A DNA stretch of 64,000 nt, taken from NCBI GenBank assembly GCA_004011035.1, contig CP025734.1:637106-701105 (forward strand), read 5' to 3'. Shown piece by piece: positions 44,499-54,531 of this stretch. Source of the stretch: Bdellovibrio sp. qaytius (GTDB lineage: Bacteria > Bdellovibrionota > Bdellovibrionia > Bdellovibrionales > Bdellovibrionaceae). The notes under the pieces were generated by a model. That model saw only the letters and a list, made by a program, of their open reading frames with translations. It was not told the DNA's origin and ran no database searches. Each line of letters begins with the position of its first letter. The first letter of the stretch is position 1. A program made the translations under genes and the position numbers.

Positions 44499-45701
44499 AT
44501 GGCTCGTTTTTTTGCGTCATGTCCAATCGGCATGGTCGATCTAGTAGAACAAGAATTAAAAGATTTAGGATTAAAAACCGGTGAGAAAACTATCGGTGGC
44601 GTTGTCTTTGAATCAAACTGGGAAGGTTGTTACAAAGCCAATCTTCACTGTCGTTACGCAAGTCGTATTTTAAAACCACTTTTAGATTTTAACGCCTACA
44701 ACGGCGAAGATGTTTACAACAACGTTCGTAAACATGATTTCACTAAATACATTTCAGCAGATGATACGATGACAATCGACGCGGTTGTTAAAGAGTGTTC
44801 GATTCCAGATCAACGCTTTTTAGCTATGAAAACTAAAGATGCGATTGTGGATCAATTTCGCGATAAATTTGGCAAACGCCCAGACGTTGCTAAAGATAAC
44901 CCTTCAATGCGTATCCACATCAAAGGTTACAAAAATAAATATCACATGGCTTTAGACACATCTGGTAACTCGCTGTTTATGCGTGGCTACCGTACGATGA
45001 CTGGTGAAGCTCCATTGAAAGAAAACTTAGCAGCGGGTCTTTTAGGCTTAACTGAGTGGGATCGTAAGTCTCCGTTAGTGGATCTATTTTGTGGATCTGG
45101 AACAATCTTGATTGAAGCTGCAATGATGGCAGCCAACATGGCTCCGGGTATTCACCGTAATCATTTCGGATTTATGAATCTTGCGGATTACAACGAAGAG
45201 ACTTTCTTAAAAGTAGTCAGTGAAGCTGAAGCTCTTGAAAAAGACACTTTAGATTTCAAATTTTACGGTTATGACCATGATAAAAAAGTTCTTCAGTTCG
45301 CTAAAGACAATGCCCGCAATGCAGGTGTTGGTAAATTTATCGAATTTAAAGGAACTTCAATCGCTGTAGCAGCTCCACCAGTTGAAGGTGAAGATAAAGC
45401 TGAGATCAAAGGAACAGTTATTTGTAATCCTCCGTACGGCGCTCGTATCGGTGATGAAGACAACTTAAAAGACGTTTACCGTGACTTAGGTTTCACTTTA
45501 AAAAATCGCTTTCAAGGTTGGGATGCTTGGTTATTATCGGGCAGCAAAGACTTGTTAGGCGAGATGAAATTAAAATCGACGCGTAAGTTTTATTTAATGA
45601 ACGGAAATATCGAATGCCGGTTCTTAAAATATGAAATGTATACGGGTTCTAAACGTAGTCCTAAAGTGACGACAGCTTCTGGGACAACTACGGTTCAGTA
45701 A
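44499..45701 (+). CDS. rlmL: THUMP-domain RNA m2G methyltransferase (RlmL-like)
   Basis: LDTSGNSLFMRGYR, EAPLKENLAAG, DLFCGSGTILIEAA and NPPYG. Confidence 0.85.
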   Translation: MARFFASCPIGMVDLVEQELKDLGLKTGEKTIGGVVFESNWEGCYKANLHCRYASRILKPLLDFNAYNGEDVYNNVRKHDFTKYISADDTMTIDAVVKECSIPDQRFLAMKTKDAIVDQFRDKFGKRPDVAKDNPSMRIHIKGYKNKYHMALDTSGNSLFMRGYRTMTGEAPLKENLAAGLLGLTEWDRKSPLVDLFCGSGTILIEAAMMAANMAPGIHRNHFGFMNLADYNEETFLKVVSEAEALEKDTLDFKFYGYDHDKKVLQFAKDNARNAGVGKFIEFKGTSIAVAAPPVEGEDKAEIKGTVICNPPYGARIGDEDNLKDVYRDLGFTLKNRFQGWDAWLLSGSKDLLGEMKLKSTRKFYLMNGNIECRFLKYEMYTGSKRSPKVTTASGTTTVQ

Positions 45702-45704
45702 TTT

Positions 45705-46079
45705 ATGATTAAAGGTATTGATGTCACTTACATTCATACGCCAAATAAAGAGTTGGCTGATTGGTATGAGAAAACGTTAGGTCTTAAAAAAGGCTACGGG
45801 GACTCGGCTTGGCAGTCATTTGATATGGATAAGGGATCAAAATTCGCCATGGATTTTGTTTCTTATCCAAGTTCAACTGTGCAGAAGCAATCGATCATGA
45901 TTAGCTTCGCTGTTGATGATATTCAGGCTGCTGTTCAAGAGCTAGCGAGCAAAGGCGTTCGTTTTTATCCAGATAACGATATCACTAAAACGATTTTTGA
46001 TGTTGGTCCTTCTTTGGTTGCTACTTTTGAAGATCCAGATGGCAACTTCGTTCAACTTTCACAAACTAAAAAATTTTAA
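45705..46079 (+). CDS. VOC/glyoxalase family protein
   Basis: WYEKTLGL, ISFAVDDIQ and FEDPDGNFVQL. Confidence 0.85.
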   Translation: MIKGIDVTYIHTPNKELADWYEKTLGLKKGYGDSAWQSFDMDKGSKFAMDFVSYPSSTVQKQSIMISFAVDDIQAAVQELASKGVRFYPDNDITKTIFDVGPSLVATFEDPDGNFVQLSQTKKF

Positions 46080-46168
46080 ATTCATATCTTGTGCCGGAAG
46101 TTTACCGTCGTCCGACAGTGTCATGGTTGCGTTTTGACTATGACGTAGTAATTTTCCATAATTAATCC

Positions 46169-47005
46169 ATGCAATTACCAGGTCCATTAGTCAGTGTCAC
46201 GTGGCTCGCAGAAAATCAATTTGATCCAAATTTGATCGTTCTCGATGCGAGTATTAAACCTGTTGGGAACAACTCAAGTAATAAATCAAAAGTTAAAATT
46301 CCGCGAGCGCGTACTTTTGATTTTGATAAAAAAATCTGTGACCAAAAATCGATTCTTCCGCACATGATGCCACCGGCAGATTTATTCGAGCGAGAAGTTT
46401 GTGAGCTGGGAATAAATTCGGATTCTTGCATTGTTGTTTATGATTCTGTTGGGGTTTTCTCAAGCCCGCGCGCGCGTTGGATGTTTAAAGCCATGGGACA
46501 TGATAATGTTGCTGTGCTTGACGGAGGATTGCCTGCCTGGATTTCTGAAGGTCATCCGACTGAAGAGTGTGTATCGCAAGAAATTAATCTCGGAAATTTT
46601 ATTACTAAGCCGCGCGAGCATTTATTTTGTGATATGGATTTTGTAGCTTTAGCTTTAAACAATTCGTCACAAGTGGTGCTTGATGCGCGTTCGGCAGGGC
46701 GTTTTAGTGGTAATGAGCCAGAGCCGCGACCGGGGTTGCGATCAGGTCATATGCCTAACGCTTTAAATATTCCATTCAATGATGTGTTAGTTGACGGTAA
46801 ATTGCGTTCTGTAGATGAATTATCTAAAATTTTTTCTTCTAGAATTAAATTTGATCAGGAGTTGATCGCGACCTGTGGTTCGGGGGTTACAGCCTGCGTG
46901 ATTGCTTTTGCTGCGGAGTTGATAGGCTATAAGGATATCACAATCTATGACGGGTCTTGGTCTGAGTGGGGATTGCCATCGTCACGACCAGTAGTTACGA
47001 AATAA
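46169..47005 (+). CDS. sseA: 3-mercaptopyruvate sulfurtransferase
   Basis: Tandem rhodanese domains, active loop CGSGVTA, YDGSWSEW. Confidence 0.93.
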   Translation: MQLPGPLVSVTWLAENQFDPNLIVLDASIKPVGNNSSNKSKVKIPRARTFDFDKKICDQKSILPHMMPPADLFEREVCELGINSDSCIVVYDSVGVFSSPRARWMFKAMGHDNVAVLDGGLPAWISEGHPTEECVSQEINLGNFITKPREHLFCDMDFVALALNNSSQVVLDARSAGRFSGNEPEPRPGLRSGHMPNALNIPFNDVLVDGKLRSVDELSKIFSSRIKFDQELIATCGSGVTACVIAFAAELIGYKDITIYDGSWSEWGLPSSRPVVTK

Positions 47006-47033
47006 TAAAAAAAGAGCCGCGGGGGCGGCTCTT
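47006..47033 (-). terminator. terminator for the minus-strand gene at 47089
   Basis: AAGAGCCGC-gggg-GCGGCTCTT with an upstream A-tract. Confidence 0.75.
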
Positions 47034-47088
47034 AAAAGGAATCGATTTTGTTGGAAATCGAATCTGCTGGAAGCAGATCAATGCTAAA

Positions 47089-47589
47089 TTACATACGGTC
47101 TTGATCAAGAGCGATGTTAAGTTTTTCTAAACCTAAGTTAACTCCGAAACCTTTTGTAAATTGTAATGATAAGTTAACAGTTAAAGCTGGGATATCAGTG
47201 TGAACTGCAGCTAAAACGCCTACGCCACGGATAACAGAAGCTTGTCCTTGAACTAATAAGTAGTTACCTAATAGATCTTTTGGGTTGTTAGTAAATAATG
47301 CGATGTTAGCTGCAGTACCTACGAATTCTAATTTACCTAAAGCAATTTGTGGCCCGATGAAGTGAGACTTCGCTTTTAAAGTGATTGGGTAAGACTCTTT
47401 AACGCCTGAAGCGCTGATGCAACGTAAGTCGCCTTTTGCGTCTAAGTGGTATTTACCCACGATAACTTTTACGCCAGACGCTTGACCTTTAAAAGTCATG
47501 TTACATGCCCATAAAGGGATGTCTGCGTGAGCTTGAGTTGAAAGACCTAAACCGAACACCATTGCCATTGCTACTAATACTGATTTCAT
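47089..47589 (-). CDS. secreted beta-rich hypothetical protein
   Basis: AGGAGG RBS and a signal peptide ending AHA. Confidence 0.8.
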   Translation of the reverse strand: MKSVLVAMAMVFGLGLSTQAHADIPLWACNMTFKGQASGVKVIVGKYHLDAKGDLRCISASGVKESYPITLKAKSHFIGPQIALGKLEFVGTAANIALFTNNPKDLLGNYLLVQGQASVIRGVGVLAAVHTDIPALTVNLSLQFTKGFGVNLGLEKLNIALDQDRM

Positions 47590-47716
47590 TAAAACCTCCT
47601 AAGGTTTGTTATTTGTTGTTGAAACTAGAGATAGTTTCTTTTTTGTGTGCCGTCTAGAGGGGGTAAGTGCCTTCTTGTTCCGATCTTTTAAGTCGGGACA
47701 CTATGTCCCGATTTGC

Positions 47717-47745
47717 TTGCGTTTTTTACACGGTAGGTCTATAAC
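47717..47745 (+). promoter_or_regulatory. sigma70-type promoter, probably giving a leaderless transcript
   Basis: TTGCGT-N17-TATAAC with predicted +1 at 47752-47753, coinciding with the ATG at 47753. Confidence 0.5.
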
Positions 47746-47752
47746 TCTAGTT

Positions 47753-48526
47753 ATGAAAATGACTATTAAGAGCTTTTTAATGCAAGAGCTAACAAAACGC
47801 CAGACGCGTAACTCGTCCTATTCGTTACGTGCTTTCGCTCGTGATTTAGGTATTGGCGTGACTACATTATCAGATGTAATGGCTGACAAACGCAGTCTAT
47901 CTAAAACGAATTTAGAAAAAGTATCTATTAAATTGATGTTGTCTCCGATGGAGCTTGAACAAGTATGGCAAGAGTACAAACAGAACTATCAAAAAACATT
48001 CGAAGTCGATGAGCATGATATAGTAGATGAAGACACATTTCGTGTAATTGGTGACTGGAAACATCTAGCTATATTAAACCTTGCAAAAATTCCATCTAAT
48101 CAAGCGGGAAAACCTAGCTGGATTGCGAAGCGTCTAGGTATAACGACTGATGAAGCTTTCGCAACACTAGAGCGTTTACTCAGAATGAAACTTGTTAAAA
48201 AAAGTGGAAGTGAGCTGATCAGAACGTCTAAGCCGCTTGCTACGACTAATAATATTCCGTCGATGGCGATACGAAAATATCATGCCGAAAATCTTTGGTT
48301 AGCAGAAACATCTTTACACAACGATGACGTAAATTGTCGTAAATTTATTGCGACCACTCTGGCGATTAACCCTGAAAATATACCACGCGCGACTGAATTA
48401 ATGATTAAAACTCGAAAAAAAATCGAAGAGATGTTAGAAGAAGGGCCAGTCTCTGAAGTCTATACGGTTTCTTTTCAAATGTTTCCGCTAACTAAACTTC
48501 AAACGACTAAAGGAGATAAAAAATGA
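47753..48526 (+). CDS. TIGR02147/DUF4423-type HTH protein
   Basis: RNSSYSLRAFARDLG HTH start, IGDWKHLAIL and YTVSFQMFPLT C-terminus (family recognised from memory); start trimmed to 47753. Confidence 0.8.
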   Translation: MKMTIKSFLMQELTKRQTRNSSYSLRAFARDLGIGVTTLSDVMADKRSLSKTNLEKVSIKLMLSPMELEQVWQEYKQNYQKTFEVDEHDIVDEDTFRVIGDWKHLAILNLAKIPSNQAGKPSWIAKRLGITTDEAFATLERLLRMKLVKKSGSELIRTSKPLATTNNIPSMAIRKYHAENLWLAETSLHNDDVNCRKFIATTLAINPENIPRATELMIKTRKKIEEMLEEGPVSEVYTVSFQMFPLTKLQTTKGDKK

Positions 48527-49521
48527 AAACGACTTTGACTAAACTTGTAGTTCTAATCATGGTTCTTTCGACTCAATCTGTTTTTGCCGGTGGCGACCAT
48601 GTTAATAATGGTGGCGGCTTAGGTGAAAAAAATGTGATGTATGCTTACGAAAAATTGGAAAGCTACATTAAGCTTTGCTTGGCTTCAGAAACTTGTAAGT
48701 TAAATCCAACTCAACAAGCTATCTTGCAAAAAATTTATCTTGGGTTACCGCAAGATAAAAATCCAAATCAACTGACTTTTTCTTCAGAAAAAAATAATCC
48801 TGGAAGTTTTATCATCGACGGCAATGTTCGCGTTGCTAAAACTGGAAGTGCAGTTGGTAGTCAGATCGTGATCAACGCAGACTTACTATATAATAAGAAT
48901 CAAAGCGGGAGTTACGAGGCTATGAGTATTCCTGAAGCTGTAGCTGTGTTGGTACATGAGTTTGGCCATCACTACGGTAATTTTAGCCATGATGTGCTGG
49001 ATTTGATCGGTGTGCGTGTTTCGTTATTGCTACAGTCGAAAGTCATCACAACACCTTTAGTGCCATGGATGACCGATATTTCAATGACGGTTCTGAATCA
49101 AGATTCTACAGGTTCGTTTCCTGAAGTTCTATTATATGTAGGTAATGATATTATTGATATTAGTCGACAATACAAAGCTGAAATTGAATGTGTAGGCTTT
49201 AAGATTCCAATTCCTTTATTGCCAGTACCAGATATTAAAATAAACCCTAAGGCGCCCAAAGGTTCAATTTTGCACAACCTTCACTGGGAAAAAATTAAAG
49301 ACGGTGACACGACATTAGATGTGCAGATTACGGGTAATGTTTCGAATCGCTGCAAGGTAAAAAGCGACACTGAAATTCGTAACAATTCGTCTCAGATGAC
49401 AATTAAGTTTCGCTTGAATAAAAATATAGATACTTGGGTTTATGACCGCTCATCATTAGAGGTGCGCCAGTTTGAAGACCAATGGTGGAAGATCATCAAA
49501 CTGCCGCTACTTCCAAACTAA
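48523..49521 (+). CDS. secreted protein with GG..NGG N-terminus and HExxH motif
   Basis: Signal peptide ending VFA, then GGDHVNNGGG; LVHEFGHHYGNFSH; 4-bp overlap with the regulator. Confidence 0.75.
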   Translation: MKTTLTKLVVLIMVLSTQSVFAGGDHVNNGGGLGEKNVMYAYEKLESYIKLCLASETCKLNPTQQAILQKIYLGLPQDKNPNQLTFSSEKNNPGSFIIDGNVRVAKTGSAVGSQIVINADLLYNKNQSGSYEAMSIPEAVAVLVHEFGHHYGNFSHDVLDLIGVRVSLLLQSKVITTPLVPWMTDISMTVLNQDSTGSFPEVLLYVGNDIIDISRQYKAEIECVGFKIPIPLLPVPDIKINPKAPKGSILHNLHWEKIKDGDTTLDVQITGNVSNRCKVKSDTEIRNNSSQMTIKFRLNKNIDTWVYDRSSLEVRQFEDQWWKIIKLPLLPN

Positions 49522-49889
49522 GTCGGTTTATAAACGCCGACGTAAGCTGCGGTAATAAAAATTGCTAACAATAAGAAATACATAGGCCAGCCGATCTGGC
49601 CTTTTCTTTTAATAAGAGCGATGATTCCGCCCATGATTAACCAGATCGTTAATTTAATGTAAACCCATGTTGGTAAACCTGCATCGTGCATGAAGCCCAT
49701 GCGCGCAAGTAAACCGAAACCGCTGACTAACATAAATAATAGACCCACACCGTGTGTGATGAAGGCGAAAGTTTTTACTTTGCCCGCGATTTGGTGGCCT
49801 GACCATGCTAGCACTAACATTCCTACTACGCCTGACGTAAGTAAGAAAATTCCTGTTAAGTGAAGTATCTTGTAAATTTCGTAGGGCAC
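49518..49889 (-). CDS. small 4-TM membrane protein (SirB-like)
   Basis: YKILHL, HGVGLL and WVYIKL; AGGAG RBS with GTG start. Confidence 0.7.
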   Translation of the reverse strand: MPYEIYKILHLTGIFLLTSGVVGMLVLAWSGHQIAGKVKTFAFITHGVGLLFMLVSGFGLLARMGFMHDAGLPTWVYIKLTIWLIMGGIIALIKRKGQIGWPMYFLLLAIFITAAYVGVYKPT

Positions 49890-49899
49890 TTGTATCTCC

Positions 49900-49919
49900 T
49901 GCGTGTCTGCGACACGACT
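49900..49919. repeat. copy 3 of the 20-bp palindromic element
   Basis: Identical to 13099-13118; sits between the lpxD stop and the SD of the next gene. Confidence 0.85.
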
Positions 49920-51001
49920 TATTCCTCTTCGTTAATTCCTAAGTGTTTTAGGATTTTTGCAACCTGCTTGCGTAATTTTGGCAAACTTTGTTGTGACATT
50001 AAAATTCTTAGGCTCTCTTTGTGATTTAATTGCGGAAAGCCGCCGTAGACGCCAGGTTTGTCGATGCTGCTGACTACGCCTGTGCGGCCGGTAAGTACAA
50101 CATTGTCGGCGATCGTAATGTGACCGACGACGCCTGAGCTTCCGGCAGCGGTGAACTGCTTTCCGATTTTTGTTGAGCCAGCGACGATAAAGCCTGCAGT
50201 GATCAGAGCGTTTTCGCCGATTTCGCAGTTGTGCGCAATGTGAATCATATTATCGAACTTTGAACCTTTGCGGATTCTTGTTTCGGTGATTGTAGCGCGG
50301 TCAATGGCGCAGTAGGCGCCGAATTCACAGTCGTCTTCGATAATCACTTGGCCGATTTGTGCAATCTTGTGATGCGTACCTTGTTTGTCAGTTACAAAAC
50401 CGAAACCATCTGATCCGAAAACATTTTGTGGGCCGATGATACAGTTTTTTCCGATATGGCAATTGAATCCAAGATAAACTTGGGCCGAGATTTTTGTATT
50501 TTCTCCGACTGAAGAATCGTTTTCTAAAACAGTTTGGGCGCCGATAATACAGTTATCGCCGATGCTGACGTTTTTTCCGATCACGGCAAAGGGCTCAACG
50601 GTTACGTTTTTTCCTAATTTTGCAGTGGGGTCGATGGCGGCTTGCGGGTGGATTCCAGAATTTACTGTAGTATAGCCGTTAAATTTTTTTAACACTTCAG
50701 CCATCGACATGTGCACGTTTGTTGTTGTCCAAACAGATTTGCTTTTATCAATTGCGTTTTGAACTTGAGAAAGTAACTTTTCAGGAATGATAAAACCTAA
50801 AGCATTTTGCTTAATTGCTGTCTGTAAAAGCTCATCTGTGTTCGCGAAAACTAAACTAGTTGCATTGGCCTGTTGAGGCGTCGCCACTTGAGTAAATAAA
50901 CTGCTTTGCGATTGAACTAATTTAAGTGATGGGCACGATGCTGTAAGGGTCTCGGCTGAGACTGACGTCATAAGAGGTCTTTGATTCGCCTGTAAATTCA
51001 T
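49919..51001 (-). CDS. lpxD: UDP-3-O-acylglucosamine N-acyltransferase
   Basis: Hexapeptide repeats, GSDGFGF, IDRAT and KFDNMIHIAHNC; the start may be 50971. Confidence 0.95.
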   Translation of the reverse strand: MNLQANQRPLMTSVSAETLTASCPSLKLVQSQSSLFTQVATPQQANATSLVFANTDELLQTAIKQNALGFIIPEKLLSQVQNAIDKSKSVWTTTNVHMSMAEVLKKFNGYTTVNSGIHPQAAIDPTAKLGKNVTVEPFAVIGKNVSIGDNCIIGAQTVLENDSSVGENTKISAQVYLGFNCHIGKNCIIGPQNVFGSDGFGFVTDKQGTHHKIAQIGQVIIEDDCEFGAYCAIDRATITETRIRKGSKFDNMIHIAHNCEIGENALITAGFIVAGSTKIGKQFTAAGSSGVVGHITIADNVVLTGRTGVVSSIDKPGVYGGFPQLNHKESLRILMSQQSLPKLRKQVAKILKHLGINEEE

Positions 51002-51117
51002 GTTCTTAGACTAATGCTTCGCAACAGAAAAGACAGCATTTTACTTGTCCCAGACACGGGGCAGGATATACATAAATAGTTGATTATAGAAATAAGACTT
51101 TATTTCACGGAGATGAA

Positions 51118-51744
51118 ATGGCTAAAAAAGCAACTGCATCTAAAAAAGCCACTAAACCAGTAGCTAAAGCTGCGGCAAAACCTGCGGCAAAAAAACCAGA
51201 AGCAAAAAAAGCGGCTCCAGCTGCTAAGGTTGCTCCTGTTAAAGCAAAAGCTGAACCTAAAGCTAAACCTGCAGCGAATGTTAGATCTACGAATCCACTT
51301 AATAAATTAGCTAGCGCTACAAGTGGAAAATCTGCTCCTAAGCCTAAAGTTGAAGCGGTGAAGCCGGCTTTGATGACTAAAAAAGGCAAAGTTGAAGTTG
51401 AAGAGCCGCAAGACCAAGGCGATTTGTTAATCGAAAAAGCAAAAGAAGAAATGGCAAATATCAATGCCGCTAAAAATGCTGCTGATAAAAACGCTAAAGT
51501 TAAACCAATTAAAATTGAACGTGGAAATGCTGCCGATGAAAAAGCTAAATGGCAGGAACTTTTTAAACGCCACGGAAAAGACAAAGCAGATCCTTACAAA
51601 ATGACTGATAGTTTTGACGCACTAAAGCCTCTTCAGCATAAGGTTTTGGGATGGGGATTTGTTTTAAGCAACGAGAATAATCGTCTTGAAGTTCTGTTTG
51701 AAAACGGAATAAAAATGTTGATTAGTAACTACAAGCCCTCTTAA
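51118..51744 (+). CDS. protein with histone H1-like Lys/Ala/Pro N-terminus and Tudor-like C-terminal domain
   Basis: KKATASKKATKPVAKAAAKPAAKKP...; C-terminal HKVLGWGFV...LEVLFENGIKML. Confidence 0.75.
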   Translation: MAKKATASKKATKPVAKAAAKPAAKKPEAKKAAPAAKVAPVKAKAEPKAKPAANVRSTNPLNKLASATSGKSAPKPKVEAVKPALMTKKGKVEVEEPQDQGDLLIEKAKEEMANINAAKNAADKNAKVKPIKIERGNAADEKAKWQELFKRHGKDKADPYKMTDSFDALKPLQHKVLGWGFVLSNENNRLEVLFENGIKMLISNYKPS

Positions 51745-51755
51745 TATAGTCGTGC

Positions 51756-51977
51756 ATGTCGAAAGATGATTTAGTCACGTTAGATGGAAAAGTAGTGGAT
51801 GCACTTGCTGGCGGCCTTTACAAGGTTGAGCTTGAGACAAATAAAGTTGTCATAACGGCAAAACTTTGCGGAAAAATGCGCCGATTTAATATCCGAATCG
51901 TCGTTGGCGATCGGGTGAGTGTCGGAGTTTCTCCGTACGATCCAACTCATGGTCTTATCATGTACCGTCATAAATAA
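51756..51977 (+). CDS. infA: translation initiation factor IF-1
   Basis: GKMRRFNIRIVVGDRVSVGVSPYD...GLIMYR. Confidence 0.97.
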   Translation: MSKDDLVTLDGKVVDALAGGLYKVELETNKVVITAKLCGKMRRFNIRIVVGDRVSVGVSPYDPTHGLIMYRHK

Positions 51978-52068
51978 TTTAAATAAACAGCTAACCAAAA
52001 TAATTCTCGTCACAGCAAAGTAAACACAGATAAAATAGACAATACATAAAAGAGTCACAGAGGTTTTC

Positions 52069-54468
52069 ATGGATCAAATGTTAGGTCAGTATTTAACTCG
52101 TTTCGTAACTTCAGTTCCGTTAAAATCGGCAGCTGCGGTATTAGAACTAGCAGCAGAAGGCGGTACTGTTCCGTTTATCGCGCGTTACCGTAAAGAAAAA
52201 ACGGGCAATTTAGATGAAGTTCAAATTCGTGCTGTTATCGAAGCGGCTGAAACTTTTGCTGAAGTTGTAAAACGTAAAGCTTTCTTAGTAAAAGAAATTG
52301 GCGAGCAAAAGAATTTAACTCCGGAAATTGAAAAACGTATTAATCTTTCTTGGGATCTAAATGAACTAGAAGAGATCTACAAACCATTCAAGAAAAAGAA
52401 AAAAACCAAAGCTACAGTGGCGCGCGATGCTGGTTTAGAGCCACTAGCGAACTGGATTTGGGATATGGGTCACGGTCTTGCAAAAGATACGGCGACGATG
52501 GAAGTGAAAGCGAAGTCTTTCTTAAATCCAGATCAAAAAATCGTAACTTACGAAGATGCTCTTAAAGGTGCTCAAGATATTATCGTTGAGAAAATTGCCA
52601 ATGAACCATCATTACGTGAAAACGTTGTTCATAATTATTTTGAAAAAGGTAAAGTGGGCGCGAAAGCAGCTAAAGGCTTTAAACCAAATTCAAAATATGA
52701 AATGTACGCTAAAGACTACAGCGATTCAGTTAAAAATTTATTAGAAGAAAAAGCATCGCACAGATACATGGCGATGAAACGTGGTTGGGAAGAAGAAGAG
52801 TTATCAGTAGAGATTTCTGCTGAAGACGACATCTTGTTAATGATGTACGAAAAATTCGCAACAACGACTCCAGAAAATGCTTTTGGAACTTACTTAAAAG
52901 AATCAGCTCGTTTAGCTATGAATGTTTACGTAGTACCTTCAGTTAAAAATGAAGTTCACGCGAAACTTAAAGAAAAATCTGATGAACATGCGATTAAAGT
53001 ATTTGCTGAAAATGTTCGTCGCGTATTATTAGGTTCTCCGTTTGGACCACGTTGTGTGCTTGGAGTAGATCCAGGTTTACGTACGGGTTGTAAGATTGCA
53101 CTTATTGATAAAGGCGGAAACTTTGTTTCTCACACAGTGATGTACACGTTAGGTGACAACGCTGAAAACGCTGCAAAAACATTAGTGAACGAAGTGACTA
53201 AGCAAATTAAAATCGAAGCGATTGCCGTTGGTAACGGAACTGGTGGCCGCGAAACTGAAATCTTCTTGAAAAAAGTTTTAAAAGATATCGGTAAAGCTGA
53301 AATTCCAGTTGTTATGGTGAATGAATCAGGTGCCTCTGTTTACTCGGCTTCTGATGTAGCTCGTACGGAATTTCCAGATTTAGATATCACTGTAAGAGGC
53401 GCGATCTCGATCGCTCGTCGTTTACAAGATCCTTTAGCTGAGCTTGTGAAAATTGATCCAAAATCTATCGGTGTTGGTCAGTACCAACATGACGTGAATC
53501 AAACTCAACTTAAAAAAGGCCTAGAAGGCGTTGTTGAAAGTTGTGTGAATAACGTAGGTGTTGATGTGAACACAGCCTCATCTTCATTGTTATCTCACGT
53601 TTCTGGTATCGGCCCAGGTTTAGCTACAGCTATCGTTGAGCATAGAAAGAAAAACGGTCTATTCACAGAGCGTTCTGAATTATCTAAAGTTCCAAGATTT
53701 ACTCCGAAAGTATTTGAACAAGCTGCGGGTTTCTTAAGAATTTTAAATGGTAAAGTGTTTCTAGATTCTACAGGTATTCATCCTGAGCGTTACAGCGCTG
53801 TTCGTGATATGGCTCAAGATTTAAATGTAAATTTAAATGAATTAGTTGGCGAAGGCGCAAAAAAACTTGTGGCGACAAGAACTAAATGGGCAAAAATCGT
53901 TGGTGAATTTACATTCGATGATATTTACAAAGAATTAGAAAAACCAGGCCGCGATCCGCGTGATCCATATAAAGTATTTCAATTTAAAGATGATATCTTT
54001 GAAGTAAAAGATCTTAAAGAGGGAATGATTTGTCCGGGTATTGTGACAAACGTAACTAATTTCGGAGCTTTCGTTGATATCGGTGTTCACCAAGATGGTT
54101 TAGTGCATATCTCTGAACTTGCACATAAGTTCGTTGAAGATCCACGTAAAGTTGTAAACCCAGGTGATCAAGTAACTATTCGTGTATTAAAAGTTGATTT
54201 AGCAAAAAACCAAATCGCTTTATCAATGAAACTAGAAGCACCAGCTGATCATAAATCTTTCAGAGATATGAAAGAAGGAAATGCAACTGGCGGTGGACAA
54301 CGTCCTCAAGGTGATCGTGGCCCGAATCGTGGTAATGATCGTCCGCAAGGAGATCGTGGTTCTAGACCAAATCAAGGCTCATTTGGTGGTGGAAACCGCG
54401 ACCAACAGCCACGCAATGGTGGATTTTCGAATAATCCATTTGCAGCTTTGTTAACGAATAAGAAATAA
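52069..54468 (+). CDS. tex: Tex transcription accessory protein
   Basis: TVPFIARYRKEKTG, GVDPGLRTGCK, PKSIGVGQYQHD, S1 domain, RG-rich tail ending NNPFAAL. Confidence 0.96.
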   Translation: MDQMLGQYLTRFVTSVPLKSAAAVLELAAEGGTVPFIARYRKEKTGNLDEVQIRAVIEAAETFAEVVKRKAFLVKEIGEQKNLTPEIEKRINLSWDLNELEEIYKPFKKKKKTKATVARDAGLEPLANWIWDMGHGLAKDTATMEVKAKSFLNPDQKIVTYEDALKGAQDIIVEKIANEPSLRENVVHNYFEKGKVGAKAAKGFKPNSKYEMYAKDYSDSVKNLLEEKASHRYMAMKRGWEEEELSVEISAEDDILLMMYEKFATTTPENAFGTYLKESARLAMNVYVVPSVKNEVHAKLKEKSDEHAIKVFAENVRRVLLGSPFGPRCVLGVDPGLRTGCKIALIDKGGNFVSHTVMYTLGDNAENAAKTLVNEVTKQIKIEAIAVGNGTGGRETEIFLKKVLKDIGKAEIPVVMVNESGASVYSASDVARTEFPDLDITVRGAISIARRLQDPLAELVKIDPKSIGVGQYQHDVNQTQLKKGLEGVVESCVNNVGVDVNTASSSLLSHVSGIGPGLATAIVEHRKKNGLFTERSELSKVPRFTPKVFEQAAGFLRILNGKVFLDSTGIHPERYSAVRDMAQDLNVNLNELVGEGAKKLVATRTKWAKIVGEFTFDDIYKELEKPGRDPRDPYKVFQFKDDIFEVKDLKEGMICPGIVTNVTNFGAFVDIGVHQDGLVHISELAHKFVEDPRKVVNPGDQVTIRVLKVDLAKNQIALSMKLEAPADHKSFRDMKEGNATGGGQRPQGDRGPNRGNDRPQGDRGSRPNQGSFGGGNRDQQPRNGGFSNNPFAALLTNKK

Positions 54469-54531
54469 TTAATTTATTAGATATAAAAACGTGGGTTGGG
54501 ATTAACTGACCCCTAGGAAAAGGATAATATC

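Noticed and set aside
51105-51584. 159-aa hydrophobic minus-strand ORF
   Set aside because: It is the antisense mirror of the K/A-rich plus-strand gene (AAA/GCT codons read as F/A/L), with no RBS.
54290-54440. RPQGDRG repeat in the Tex tail
   Set aside because: An ordinary low-complexity RG-rich tail with only two copies.
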